Source: Actinomycetes bacterium
GTDB lineage: Bacteria > Actinomycetota > Acidimicrobiia > Acidimicrobiales > CADCSY01
Direction of reading: 5' to 3'
Length of the DNA stretch: 64,000 bases
Assembly (NCBI GenBank): GCA_031399525.1
Contig: JANNOZ010000002.1
Coordinates: forward strand, 129,897 to 193,896
Positions within the stretch are counted from its first letter, which is position 1; each line of letters opens with the position of its first letter. The position numbers were made by a program, and so were the translations under genes. The notes beneath the pieces are model-generated. The model saw only the letters and a list, made by a program, of their open reading frames with translations, did not search any database and had not been told where the DNA came from. Of the stretch, positions 20,623 through 30,939 are shown one piece after another.

Positions 20623-21408
20623 TCAGACGCCGGTGCCGACTGCGACCGCCTGGTCGGTGACCTGGAAAGCCACCGGTGCCTGGGCCTGGCTCAACACTCC
20701 GGCCAGCACCGCCGCGTGTCTGGCTTCGACGCCACCGACGGTCATGATCGACGCGTTGAGGGCCAGGTCGGTGAAGTTTCCGACGTTCTTCTGGTAGGTC
20801 TGGGCGGCCACGGTCTCGAGGTCGAAAGCCAGCTGGATGATCGCCATCTCGTCGGCCAGGGCGTCGATGGTCGGTTGGAGCTGGGCCAGCACCGCCGGAT
20901 TGGGGTCGGTGAACGGCGTTCCGCCGGCCTGGGTGGTGAGCGACTGGAACAGCGCCGAGTGCTCCTTGTGCTGGGACTGGAAGAGCTTGGCCGCGTCGCC
21001 GACGGCGGCCGTGGTCACCAGACCCGAGTCGACCGCGGTTTGGTACACGGCAACGGCGAGCTCTTCGATGGACGATGCGGTGCGCAAGATCATCACGTCG
21101 GCCCCGCCGGACATCGCCCCGCCGGTGGTGGTCGAACCGCCGAGGCTCGACGGCGACGAACCATTGTCCGACGCACAGGCGGCCACGATGGCGCTGCCGG
21201 CCACGGCCAGGCCACCGATCTTGAGGAAACCTCGGCGGTCGAGGCCACCGAGGACCGCATGGGCCTTTTCGTCGAGCCGGGCCGTGGGTGAACTGTCGAA
21301 GAGTCGATCGAGCTGGGCCCCGTAGGCAGGCATCACCGAGTCGTGGAGATCCTGGGTGTCAGCGGCAGCCCGCCGGAGCTCGTCATGGGAGAAGTCGTGG
21401 GCAGTCAT
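20623..21408 (-). CDS. exported ferritin-like domain protein (Tat-type RRGFLK motif)
   Basis: DRRGFLKIGGLAVAGSAIVAACAS follows a 55-aa N-terminal region. Di-iron-like motifs SQHKEH and VEARH. Paralog of the next gene. Confidence 0.6.
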   Translation of the reverse strand: MTAHDFSHDELRRAAADTQDLHDSVMPAYGAQLDRLFDSSPTARLDEKAHAVLGGLDRRGFLKIGGLAVAGSAIVAACASDNGSSPSSLGGSTTTGGAMSGGADVMILRTASSIEELAVAVYQTAVDSGLVTTAAVGDAAKLFQSQHKEHSALFQSLTTQAGGTPFTDPNPAVLAQLQPTIDALADEMAIIQLAFDLETVAAQTYQKNVGNFTDLALNASIMTVGGVEARHAAVLAGVLSQAQAPVAFQVTDQAVAVGTGV

Positions 21409-21450
21409 GTGGGGTTCCTCTGGGTGCGAAGCGGACGGGATCGACGTCGC

Positions 21451-22170
21451 CTAAGCGACTGGGTACTGGTCGGGCGACAGGGCTTGGGCGGCCGTTTCGA
21501 AGCCCGGGATGTAGTCGGTGGCCGGTAACCCCAGGACCGATCCGAGCACCACGGCGTGGGCCGACTCGACCGGAAGGATCGACGCCGTCAATTGCAGGGC
21601 CGCCGAACTGGTAAGGGCCCCCAGGGCGAAGATGTAGGTGGCGGCCGCCGCGTTCTCGAGGTCGTAGGCGATCTTGACGATCGCCGCCTCGTCGGCAGCC
21701 CCGGAGACCTGGGCTCCCACGGCCGTGAGCAGCCCGGGGTTGGCCGTATTGGTGGCCGCCGATCCGGCGGCCGAACCGAAGGCGGCGGCGTGCTCCTCGT
21801 GTTGGGAGGCGAACGACGCGGCCGCCTCCCCCACCGCCGGGGTGGTCACCTTGCCGCTCGCCGCCGCGGCCTTGTAGGCCTCGACCGCGGCCAGCTCGAC
21901 CGATTCGGCGAAGGCGGCGATCCCGGCGTCATCGAGGGCGTAGGCCGGCGACAGGAGCCGGCGGAAGGGCAGGACCGCCTGACCGATGGCCAGCGCCAAC
22001 CCTCCGACCCCGATCCCTCGCAGGATCTTGGCCCGGGAGGGTCCCATCAGGCGAGCCCCCTCGCCCTGGTGAAGTTCGGCGATCTGCTCAGGCATGTCTC
22101 CCATGCCTTCGCGATGCAGTTCATCGACGTCGGCGACCATCGATCGCAAATTCGACTCGGAGATCTCCAT
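21451..22170 (-). CDS. exported/membrane-anchored ferritin-like domain protein (paralog)
   Basis: ATG 22170 preceded by GAGGAGGAC. Motifs SQHEEH and VESAH. Co-linear with the 20623..21408 product, including the N-terminal region. Confidence 0.6.
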   Translation of the reverse strand: MEISESNLRSMVADVDELHREGMGDMPEQIAELHQGEGARLMGPSRAKILRGIGVGGLALAIGQAVLPFRRLLSPAYALDDAGIAAFAESVELAAVEAYKAAAASGKVTTPAVGEAAASFASQHEEHAAAFGSAAGSAATNTANPGLLTAVGAQVSGAADEAAIVKIAYDLENAAAATYIFALGALTSSAALQLTASILPVESAHAVVLGSVLGLPATDYIPGFETAAQALSPDQYPVA

Positions 22171-22254
22171 GACCACGTCCTCCTCTAGTGGTGGTGGCGT
22201 GGTCGCTCTTCGGAACACCGAAGGGTCGCGGATGACTGAACGTCGAGATCGGGC

Positions 22255-23142
22255 TCAGCCGGTGCGCCGATGTCCGATCGTGGTGTTGGGCGCCACGATC
22301 CGGTCAAGCGTCGAGTTGACCTCGGCGAAGCGCTCACCCCGCCCGTTCCAGTCGGTCCGAGCTTGTTCGAGCTCGGCGCTGGTGCGAGCGACGAAGTTCC
22401 ACCACATCGTCACCGGCTCGTCGAACGGTTCGCCCCCGAGCAGCAGCACCCGAGCGCTGGTGGCCACCACCAGCGCGAGCTCGTCACGCCCCGGGCCCAG
22501 ATAGGCCAGGCGGCCGGGCCCGACCACCTCGCCGCCGACCGCCACCTCGCCTTCGAGGACCACCAGCGCGTGCTCGTGGTGTCGCGCCAGCGGCACCACG
22601 GTCTCGCCCCGCCCGAGGGCGAGGTCGACTCCGAGGTGGTCCGAGTCGCGCCGGGCGGGCGACACCACGCCGTCGAGCCGGCCGACCAACACCGTGCCCA
22701 CACCATTGGCCAGTTCGAGCTGAGGCAGGGTGCGGTGGTGTTCGAACGCGGGAGCACCATGACGGGTGCGTTCGGGTTGGGCCACCCAGAGTTGGACGCC
22801 ATGCACCTCACCTCGGTAACGGCCCGTGGGCTCCTCGGCGTGGGCGATGCCGTGGCCGGCGGTCATCAAGTTGAGTTGACCCGGGCGAATCACCTGTTCG
22901 GTGCCGAGGCCGTCTCGGTGCACGGCCTCACCGGCCACCAGCCAGGTCACGGTCTGCAGGCCGATGTGGGGATGCGGACCGATGTCGATGCCGCCATCGG
23001 CAGCCGCGGCCATCGGGCCCATGTGATCGACGAAGCACCAGGCCCCGACCGTGCGCCGGGTTCGTTGGGGCAGGGCTCTTCGCACCGGTAGTTCGCCGAC
23101 ACTCGTTGCTCGACTCGGCCACTGCTCGATTGGGCTGGGCAT
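22255..23142 (-). CDS. pirin family protein
   Basis: 295 aa bicupin. Motifs PHPHIGLQTVTWL and GHGIAHAE. Confidence 0.8.
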   Translation of the reverse strand: MPSPIEQWPSRATSVGELPVRRALPQRTRRTVGAWCFVDHMGPMAAAADGGIDIGPHPHIGLQTVTWLVAGEAVHRDGLGTEQVIRPGQLNLMTAGHGIAHAEEPTGRYRGEVHGVQLWVAQPERTRHGAPAFEHHRTLPQLELANGVGTVLVGRLDGVVSPARRDSDHLGVDLALGRGETVVPLARHHEHALVVLEGEVAVGGEVVGPGRLAYLGPGRDELALVVATSARVLLLGGEPFDEPVTMWWNFVARTSAELEQARTDWNGRGERFAEVNSTLDRIVAPNTTIGHRRTG

Positions 23143-23185
23143 GGATCACCGACCTTCGATTCGGTCGCCTTTATGGTTTCTGGCC

Positions 23186-24445
23186 ATGGACATCGACACT
23201 GGCAACACCGCATGGGTTCTGGTCAGCGCCGCGCTCGTGCTCTTCATGACCCCGGGGCTGGCCTTCTTCTACGGCGGCATGGTCCGGGCCAAGAACGTGC
23301 TCGGCATGCTGATGCAGAACTTCTTCGCCATGGGCCTGCTCGCAGTCCTCTGGGTGCTGGTGGGCTTCAGTCTGGCCTTCGGCAACGAAGGTGACGGAGG
23401 GTTCATCGGCTCGCTCGAGTACGTGGGCCTGGACGGGGTCGGGCAAAGCGTCGGACCCGAGTGGTTCGCCCTGAGCATTCCGTTCATCTTGTTCTGCACC
23501 TACCAGATGACCTTCGCCATCATCACCCCAGCGCTCATCACCGGGGCGACCGCCGATCGTCTGAAGTTCTCGGCGTACGGGGTATTCATCGGCGTCTGGC
23601 TCCTCGCCGTCTACGCACCGGTGGCCCACTGGGTGTTCGGTGGAGGATGGATCTTCGAGATGGGGGCCATCGACTTCGCCGGCGGAGCCGTCGTCCACAT
23701 CAACGCGGGCGCCGCTGCCCTCGCGCTGTGCATCGTGTTGGGCAAGCGTCAAGGGTGGCCCGATCGACCGATGCCGCCCCATGCCCTCCCGTTGACCTTG
23801 CTCGGCACCGGGATTCTCTGGTTCGGCTGGAGTGGGTTCAACGCCGGCTCCGCGCTCGGCGCCAACGGGGTGGCCGCCCAGGCACTGCTCAACACCTTCG
23901 TCGCCGCGTCGGCCGCCATGCTCGGCTGGCTCGCGGCCGAGCGCATCAAGGGCGGCCACGCCACCACCCTGGGCGCCGCCTCCGGGGCCGTCGCCGGCTT
24001 GGTCGCCATCACCCCCTGTGCCGGCTTCGTGGGTGGCCTGGCTCCCCTGGCCATCGGCTTGGCCGCTGGGGTCGTGTGCTTCCTGGCCATCCAGCTGAAG
24101 TTCCTCTTCGGCTACGACGACAGCCTCGACGTGGTCGGGGTGCATCTCGTCGGCGGGCTGATCGGGTCGCTCCTGCTCGGTCTCTTCGCCGACCCGGCGG
24201 TCAACCCGATCGTGGCTGACATCTCCACTCCTGGGCTGTTGATCGACGGTGGATCGGCCGAGCTGCTCAAGGACCAGTTCGTCGCGTCCATCGCCGTGCT
24301 GGCGTACTCGCTCGTGGTCTCGCTGGGCTTGGCCAAGCTCCTCGACCTCACCATCGGCCTCCGGGTCTCGCCCGAGGCCGAACTCGAAGGTCTCGACACC
24401 GCACTGCACGCCGAGACCGCGTATCACGAGTTGTCAGCCGGCTGA
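23186..24445 (+). CDS. amt: ammonium transporter
   Basis: ATG 23186 inside ORF 23051..24445. Motifs TPGLAFFYGGMVR, DFAGGAVVHINAG and WFGWSGFNAGS. Confidence 0.93.
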   Translation: MDIDTGNTAWVLVSAALVLFMTPGLAFFYGGMVRAKNVLGMLMQNFFAMGLLAVLWVLVGFSLAFGNEGDGGFIGSLEYVGLDGVGQSVGPEWFALSIPFILFCTYQMTFAIITPALITGATADRLKFSAYGVFIGVWLLAVYAPVAHWVFGGGWIFEMGAIDFAGGAVVHINAGAAALALCIVLGKRQGWPDRPMPPHALPLTLLGTGILWFGWSGFNAGSALGANGVAAQALLNTFVAASAAMLGWLAAERIKGGHATTLGAASGAVAGLVAITPCAGFVGGLAPLAIGLAAGVVCFLAIQLKFLFGYDDSLDVVGVHLVGGLIGSLLLGLFADPAVNPIVADISTPGLLIDGGSAELLKDQFVASIAVLAYSLVVSLGLAKLLDLTIGLRVSPEAELEGLDTALHAETAYHELSAG

Positions 24446-24461
24446 CCCCCCGGCGGCCCGG

Positions 24462-25004
24462 TCAGGCCGCCTCGAGGGCCAACAGGGCGGCCTTGATCTC
24501 GGCGCCCCCGAGGTACTGGCCGATGGCGCCGCCGCTGCGGACGACACGGTGGCAGGGCACCACTACCGGTACCGGGTTGTGGGCACAGGCCGATCCGACG
24601 GCCCGCACCGCCCGGGGCCGGCCGACGGCCACGGCCACCTCGGCATAGGTGGCCGTGGCCCCGTAGGCGATGGCAAGGAGCTGGCCGAGCACCTCACGCC
24701 GAAATCCCACCGCCAGCCGGAGATCGAGGGGCAACTCGAACTGGCGCCGATCTCCGGCGAAGTAGGCGTCGAGCTGCGTCGCGGCCAGATCGAGTCGAGC
24801 GGGCGCCGGCAAGATACGAGGGCTCACCGACTCGGCCAGGTCGTGGAGCACCGCGTCGTGATCCTCCACCTCGAAGGCCACCCGGAGCAGGCCAACCGGG
24901 GTGGCGGCCAACAACAACGAGCCGATCGGCGTGTCGACACATCGGTAGGCGATATCGAGCAGACCGGCCGGGGAGGCCGCGGGCGGGTTGGAGAGGAGCA
25001 CCAT
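24462..25004 (-). CDS. ogt: methylated-DNA--protein-cysteine methyltransferase
   Basis: Last 180 codons of ORF 24462..25451. Active site PCHRV and motif TYAEVAVAVGRPRAVRAVGSACAHNPVPVVVPCHRVV. Confidence 0.88.
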   Translation of the reverse strand: MVLLSNPPAASPAGLLDIAYRCVDTPIGSLLLAATPVGLLRVAFEVEDHDAVLHDLAESVSPRILPAPARLDLAATQLDAYFAGDRRQFELPLDLRLAVGFRREVLGQLLAIAYGATATYAEVAVAVGRPRAVRAVGSACAHNPVPVVVPCHRVVRSGGAIGQYLGGAEIKAALLALEAA

Positions 25005-25010
25005 GGGACC

Positions 25011-26558
25011 ATGTTGCTCGACCAGGGCTTCGAAGGGGTGCGGGACCTTCGCCCCTGGCCGGTGCCTCACCCGGCGACCCACGCTGATGACGTGGACCCA
25101 ACCACCGAATCGCTGGCGCCGGCCGTCATCGAGACCCACACCGGACTTGTGTTCTTCGTGGGCGATCGGGCCTACAAGCTCAAGCGCCCGGTGCAGTTCG
25201 CCTTCGTCGACCTCCGCAGCCGCGAGGCCCGGGCCGCGGTGTGTCACCGCGAGGTCGAGCTCAACCGACGGCTCGCCCCCGACGTGTACCTGGGCGTGGC
25301 CGACATCACCGGACCCGACGGCGCCCTGTGTGACCACCTGGTGGTGATGCGCCGTCTTCCCGAAGAGCGTCGGCTCAGCTCCCTGGTGGCCCGAGGCGTC
25401 GACGTCGGTTCCGACCTCGATGCCATCGCCGACCGGTTGGCCCAGTTCCACCAGAGCGCCGAGACGTCACCGGCCATCGCTGCGGTGGCCTCCGCCGCCG
25501 CGCTGGGACGCCGGTGGGAGGAGAACCACGCCGAGATGACGCCGTTCATGGGCTCCGTCGTCGATCCGGAGGTGGCCACGAGAGTCATCGAGTTGGCCCG
25601 CCGTTACCTCGCCGGGCGGACACCGTTGTTCGACCGCCGCATCCACGAGGGCCGGGCCCGAGACGGCCACGGCGACCTGTTGAGCGACGACATCTTCTGC
25701 CTCGACGACGGCCCTCGCATCCTCGACTGCCTCGAGTACGCCGACGACTTGCGGTGGGGCGACACCCTGGCCGACGTGGCCTTCCTGGCCATGGATCTCG
25801 AACGCATCGGCCATCCCGAGTTCGCCCACCGCTTCCTCGAGCGCTACCGCACCGTCAGCGGCGACGACTGGCCCGCATCTCTGGCCCATCACCACATCGC
25901 CTACCGGGCCCAGGTCCGTTCGAAGGTGGCGTGCCTGCGGGCCATGCAGGGAGACGGGTCGGCCCGAGCCGCGGCGCCAGCGTTGTTGAGCCTCGCCGAG
26001 CGACACCTCGACGCGGCCCGCGTTCGTCTCGTGCTCGTCGGCGGGCTGCCCGGCAGCGGGAAGTCGACCCTGGCCCGCGACCTCGGTCCGGCGATCGGAG
26101 CAGTCGTTCTCAGCTCCGACGAGATCCGCAAGCGGCGGGCCGGGCTGGTTCCCCACGAGCGGGCCTCGGCCGCGCCTGGTGAGGGCATCTACGACGAGGC
26201 CACCACCGCAGCGACCTACCGGGCGTTGCTCACCGAGGCGTCCACCGCATTGGCCAACGGTCACAGCGTGGTGCTCGACGCCTCGTGGCACGACCAGAGG
26301 TGGCGGGACCGAGCCCGTTCACTGGCCAGAGAGGTCGTCGCCGATCTGGGCGAGCTGCGGTGCAGCGCTCCGCAGCCCCTCCTCGAACAGCGGGTCCGAG
26401 CCCGGACCGAGACCGGCCGAGACCCGTCCGACGCCGACGTCGCTGTTCTCATGCACATGGCGTCTCGGGACGACCCGTGGCCGGAAGCGGCCACCGTCGA
26501 CACCACCGATGGCATCGGCGACGTCCTGGCCCGGGCTCGGGCCGCGCTCGGCTCCTGA
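25011..26558 (+). CDS. bifunctional phosphotransferase-like / P-loop kinase (AAA-type) protein
   Basis: In ORF 24249..26558. APH-like N-terminal half (ETHTGLVFFVGDRAYKLKRPV, HGDL) and C-terminal Walker A GLPGSGKST. ATG 25011 lies only 6 nt from the divergent ogt start; GTG 25092 is an alternative. Confidence 0.7.
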   Translation: MLLDQGFEGVRDLRPWPVPHPATHADDVDPTTESLAPAVIETHTGLVFFVGDRAYKLKRPVQFAFVDLRSREARAAVCHREVELNRRLAPDVYLGVADITGPDGALCDHLVVMRRLPEERRLSSLVARGVDVGSDLDAIADRLAQFHQSAETSPAIAAVASAAALGRRWEENHAEMTPFMGSVVDPEVATRVIELARRYLAGRTPLFDRRIHEGRARDGHGDLLSDDIFCLDDGPRILDCLEYADDLRWGDTLADVAFLAMDLERIGHPEFAHRFLERYRTVSGDDWPASLAHHHIAYRAQVRSKVACLRAMQGDGSARAAAPALLSLAERHLDAARVRLVLVGGLPGSGKSTLARDLGPAIGAVVLSSDEIRKRRAGLVPHERASAAPGEGIYDEATTAATYRALLTEASTALANGHSVVLDASWHDQRWRDRARSLAREVVADLGELRCSAPQPLLEQRVRARTETGRDPSDADVAVLMHMASRDDPWPEAATVDTTDGIGDVLARARAALGS

Positions 26559-26572
26559 GGCAGACTGCGCCC

Positions 26573-26923
26573 ATGACCGGCGAGCACGACGAGCGACCGT
26601 GGGGGTCCTACACCGTCCTCGAGGACACCGAGGCCTACAAGGTCAAGCGCATCGACGTGGCCACCGGCAAGCGACTCAGCTACCAGCGCCACAGCCAGCG
26701 AGCCGAGCACTGGTTCGTGGTTGCCGGTTCGGCCCGGGTGACCCTCGACGGCACCCACATCGACCTCGGCCCCGGTGACGCCATCGACATCCCACGGGGT
26801 GCAGCCCATCGAATCGCCAACGCCGGAGAAGCTCCGCTCGTCTTCATCGAGGTCCAGCACGGCGACTACTTCGGCGAGGACGACATCGAGCGTCTCGACG
26901 ACGATTTCGGTCGCGTCGGCTGA
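26573..26923 (+). CDS. cupin domain protein (type II phosphomannose isomerase C-terminal-like)
   Basis: ATG 26573 inside ORF 26285..26923. Motifs RPWGSYTVL, SYQRHSQRAEHWFVV and GAAHRIAN. Confidence 0.7.
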   Translation: MTGEHDERPWGSYTVLEDTEAYKVKRIDVATGKRLSYQRHSQRAEHWFVVAGSARVTLDGTHIDLGPGDAIDIPRGAAHRIANAGEAPLVFIEVQHGDYFGEDDIERLDDDFGRVG

Positions 26924-26947
26924 GCAACCGATCCATCCCCGTACGAA

Positions 26948-27046
26948 CTCGGATCGATAGCTGTCGCCAATCCAACCCGGCTCAATAGCTGTCGGATCCC
27001 GACGGGTCACGATCCCAGTTCGCCGGACGACAGGTATCGATCCGGG
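26948..27046 (-). repeat. structured intergenic palindromic element, copy A (99 bp, inverted relative to copies B and C)
   Basis: Arms CTCGGATCGATAGCTGTCG (26948-66), CTCAATAGCTGTCGGATCC (26981-99) and inverted CGACAGGTATCGATCCGGG (27028-46). The reverse complement aligns co-linearly with 36262-36342, including AACTGGGATC. Confidence 0.85.
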
Positions 27047-27285
27047 TTCGGGGCGGGGGCCCCGACGGTCGCCCCTACCCTGGGCAGGTGGAAACCCTGG
27101 TGTTCGTCGGGATGGTGGCCATTTCTGCGCTCATCGTGTGGGCCACGCGTTGGGGCCCGCTGTCCGACACCCGCTCGCTGCGGGCACCCCGGCCCACCCT
27201 GTTGTCCTACCTCACCGGGTGGTTCATGGTGCCCTGGCGCAACCGGCGAGCCGAGCGTTCTGACGACCAGCCTTGAGGACAATCG

Positions 27286-27849
27286 ATGGCTGACCTCTGG
27301 TACATCACCAACACCTCGGTCGACGGCTACATCGAAGACCTTGACGGTCGCTTCGACTGGTCGGCGCCCGACGACGAGGTCCACGGCTTCATCAACGACC
27401 TACTTCGTGACGTGGGTACGCACCTCTACGGACGGCGGCTCTACGAGACCATGGCGGTCTGGGAAACCGAGCCGGCGCTGGCCGAGGGGTCGCCCTTCCA
27501 AGCCGACTTCGCCGAGCTGTGGCAAGCCGCCGACAAGGCGGTGTTCTCCAGCTCCCTGGCCGACGTCTGGACGGCCAAGACCCAGCTCGAACGGCGGTTC
27601 GACCCCGAGAGCATCAGGCAGCGGAAGGCGTCGGCCACCCAGCCCTTGTTCATCGGTGGCGCCAACTTGGCGGCCCAAGCCGTAGGGGCAGGCGTGGTCG
27701 ACGAGTACCACGTGTTCGTGTTGCCGGTCGTGATCGGCGCAGGCAAACCCGCCCTCACCACTCAGGGTCAGATCGACCTCGAACTGATCGACCATCGGCG
27801 CTTCACCACCAGCGGCACGACCTACCAGCGCTACCGCATCCAGCGGTAG
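27286..27849 (+). CDS. dihydrofolate reductase family protein (RibD C-terminal domain)
   Basis: Motifs TNTSVDGYIEDLDGRFDW and LYGRRLYETM. 187 aa. Confidence 0.75.
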   Translation: MADLWYITNTSVDGYIEDLDGRFDWSAPDDEVHGFINDLLRDVGTHLYGRRLYETMAVWETEPALAEGSPFQADFAELWQAADKAVFSSSLADVWTAKTQLERRFDPESIRQRKASATQPLFIGGANLAAQAVGAGVVDEYHVFVLPVVIGAGKPALTTQGQIDLELIDHRRFTTSGTTYQRYRIQR

Positions 27850-27852
27850 CGC

Positions 27853-28368
27853 TCAGCGGGCGACGGCGGGGTCGGGGCGGCGCTTCCAGATGTCGTTGCA
27901 GACTACGCACACCTCGGCGGGGATGACTCCGATCCTCATCAATAGGCCGAAGACGTAGCAGCCGACGCAGAACCCGGCGAACGCCTCGAGCGAGGCGGCG
28001 ACGACCAGCACCCCGAGCACCACCTGGGCAATGTCGAATCGGTCGAAGCCAAAGGTAAGGATCACTGCGCTGACCGAGAAGACCGCCCCGATGGCTTGCG
28101 CGAATCGCTTTGGCGGGCCGGGCACCAGCTTCTGGTCGAAGGGCAGAGCCGGGGTGATCACCCGAGTGACGAGCTGGCCCAGCGGGCTGAGCGTCGGACC
28201 CGATAACGCTCGAGCGACGAACCCGTAGGCCAGCACCACGGTGAGCCACCGCAGGTCGAACGCGATAGTGACCACGGCCATGGTCACCACCCCGGTGGCC
28301 ACGAGGCGGGCGGAGACCTCGTTGACCGGGTTTGGAAAGGAAAAGATCTGGGCTGGGGAGCTGCTCAT
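27853..28368 (-). CDS. DUF4395-like membrane protein
   Basis: Four hydrophobic helices and a C-terminal CVGC...CVVC cysteine cluster. Family call from memory. Confidence 0.5.
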   Translation of the reverse strand: MSSSPAQIFSFPNPVNEVSARLVATGVVTMAVVTIAFDLRWLTVVLAYGFVARALSGPTLSPLGQLVTRVITPALPFDQKLVPGPPKRFAQAIGAVFSVSAVILTFGFDRFDIAQVVLGVLVVAASLEAFAGFCVGCYVFGLLMRIGVIPAEVCVVCNDIWKRRPDPAVAR

Positions 28369-28438
28369 GGCGTGCTACCAAGCGTATGGCCAGAATCCCG
28401 ACTAACCAACTCGGGATTCAGATCCAGGGTCGTCTCGT

Positions 28439-29268
28439 TCAGCGCTCGGCGTTGTAGAGCCGCATGGTGAGCGGTGCGAACACGCACACCAGAGCGGCGC
28501 TCCACGCCAACACGGCCAGGATGTCGCCGGTCACGTCGGTGCCCCCCATCAGGCCCCGAGCCGCGGTGGTGAGCAAGGTGATTGGGTTCACGCTCACGAA
28601 GGCCTGGACCCAGCCGGGCATGGTGGTCGGGTCGACGAACACGTTGCTGGCGAAGGTCAGCGGGAAGAGCACCGTCATACTCACCTGCTCGACCGATGAC
28701 GGGGTCTGGAGCTTGAGCCCGACCGCCGTCCACACCCACGAGAGGCCGAAGGCAAAGACCAACAGCAGGCCTACGGCGAGCACCACGCCGAGCACCCCAC
28801 CGTCGGGCCGGTAACCCAGGACCACGCCGAGCACCATGACCACGAGCGACGCGATGGTGTAGCGGACGGTGTCGGCCAACAACATCCCGACCAGCACGGC
28901 CGGACGCCAGATGGGCAGCGATCGGAAGCGGTCGAAGACCCCTTTGGCGATGTCGGTGTTCAACGCCATCCCCGTGTACATGGTGATCCAGGACACGGTC
29001 ATGACCAGGATCCCCGGCAGAAGCTCTTGGAGATAGGCCCGGGGCGAGCCGGCCAGGGCCCCGCCGAACAGGTAGGTGTAGAGGAGCACGAACATCACGG
29101 GCAGGGCCGTGACATCGAAGAGCTGGTACGGCACGTGCTTGATCTTCAGCAGGGCCCGCCAGCCGAAGGTGACCGAAGTCGACAGTCGTCCCGGGCGCGA
29201 TGGACGGGGCCGGCTGGTCAGCGCCGAGCGCAGCGCCGACTCGACGAGGGCGGGTTCAGTGGTGGCGC

Positions 29269-29272
<4 letters not shown>
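28439..29272 (-). CDS. ABC-2 type transporter permease (DrrB-like)
   Basis: 277 aa, six hydrophobic segments. ATGA-type overlap with the upstream ATPase gene. Confidence 0.75.
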
Positions 29273-30243
<971 letters not shown>

Positions 30244-30304
30244 GGGGATCTCCTTGCTGGGTCGGGGACGGGAGTCGCCAGCCTGTCAGGGCGACCCACG
30301 CCCC

Positions 30305-30814
30305 TCAACGGAATTGTTCGGACGCGCCTTCGGCTAGGAGGGCGTCGATCTGCGCGAGGGCGCTCGATATGCCTTCCTCCATGCCCATGGCCACGAGTTG
30401 CTCCATGCCTTCGAGCGTCTCGAACCGAGACTCGAGCACCATCAGCGTGCTCCCGTCGCCCCGCTCGGTGATGGTCGCCACCATCGTCGTGGTGGGCAGC
30501 GACTCGTCGACCTCGCCGTGCTCGTCGGCGAAGCCGTCGACCAGCTCGAGTCGATTGGGCGGGTCGACCGCCAGCACCTGCCACCAGGCCCGATACACCT
30601 CACCCTCGGGCCCGGTCATGAAGTAGGTGACCCGTCCCCCGGCGGTCAGGTCGTGGTCGACGACCGTGGCCGGGTAGTCGGGCGGGCCCCACCAGCGTTC
30701 GAGTTGACGAGGGTCGGCCCAGAGCTGCCAGGCCCGATCGGCCGTGGCGTCGAACTCGGCGCTGACGGTGAAGGTGAGGGCCTCGGGGTCCTTGTCGATA
30801 TTGGTGACGGGCAC
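30305..30814 (-). CDS. SRPBCC/AHSA1-domain protein
   Basis: GTG 30814 preceded by AGGAGG plus 6 nt. Motif RAWQLWADPRQLERWWGPP. Confidence 0.65.
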   Translation of the reverse strand: MPVTNIDKDPEALTFTVSAEFDATADRAWQLWADPRQLERWWGPPDYPATVVDHDLTAGGRVTYFMTGPEGEVYRAWWQVLAVDPPNRLELVDGFADEHGEVDESLPTTTMVATITERGDGSTLMVLESRFETLEGMEQLVAMGMEEGISSALAQIDALLAEGASEQFR

Positions 30815-30939
30815 GGTTGGCCTCCTGAGTCGGGGTGGTCGGCGAGAAGTTCGCTCATTCACCTGTCGATTTGGACGGGCTCGTTCGTTGTCATGCTGTC
30901 CGGCACGTTGCGTCCGGCACGACCCGAGGAGATGACGAT

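Noticed and set aside
27088-27276. 62-codon GTG-initiated ORF between repeat copy A and the DHFR-like gene
   Set aside because: No RBS and no recognisable motif. One hydrophobic stretch only. It may be real but is not supportable from the sequence alone.
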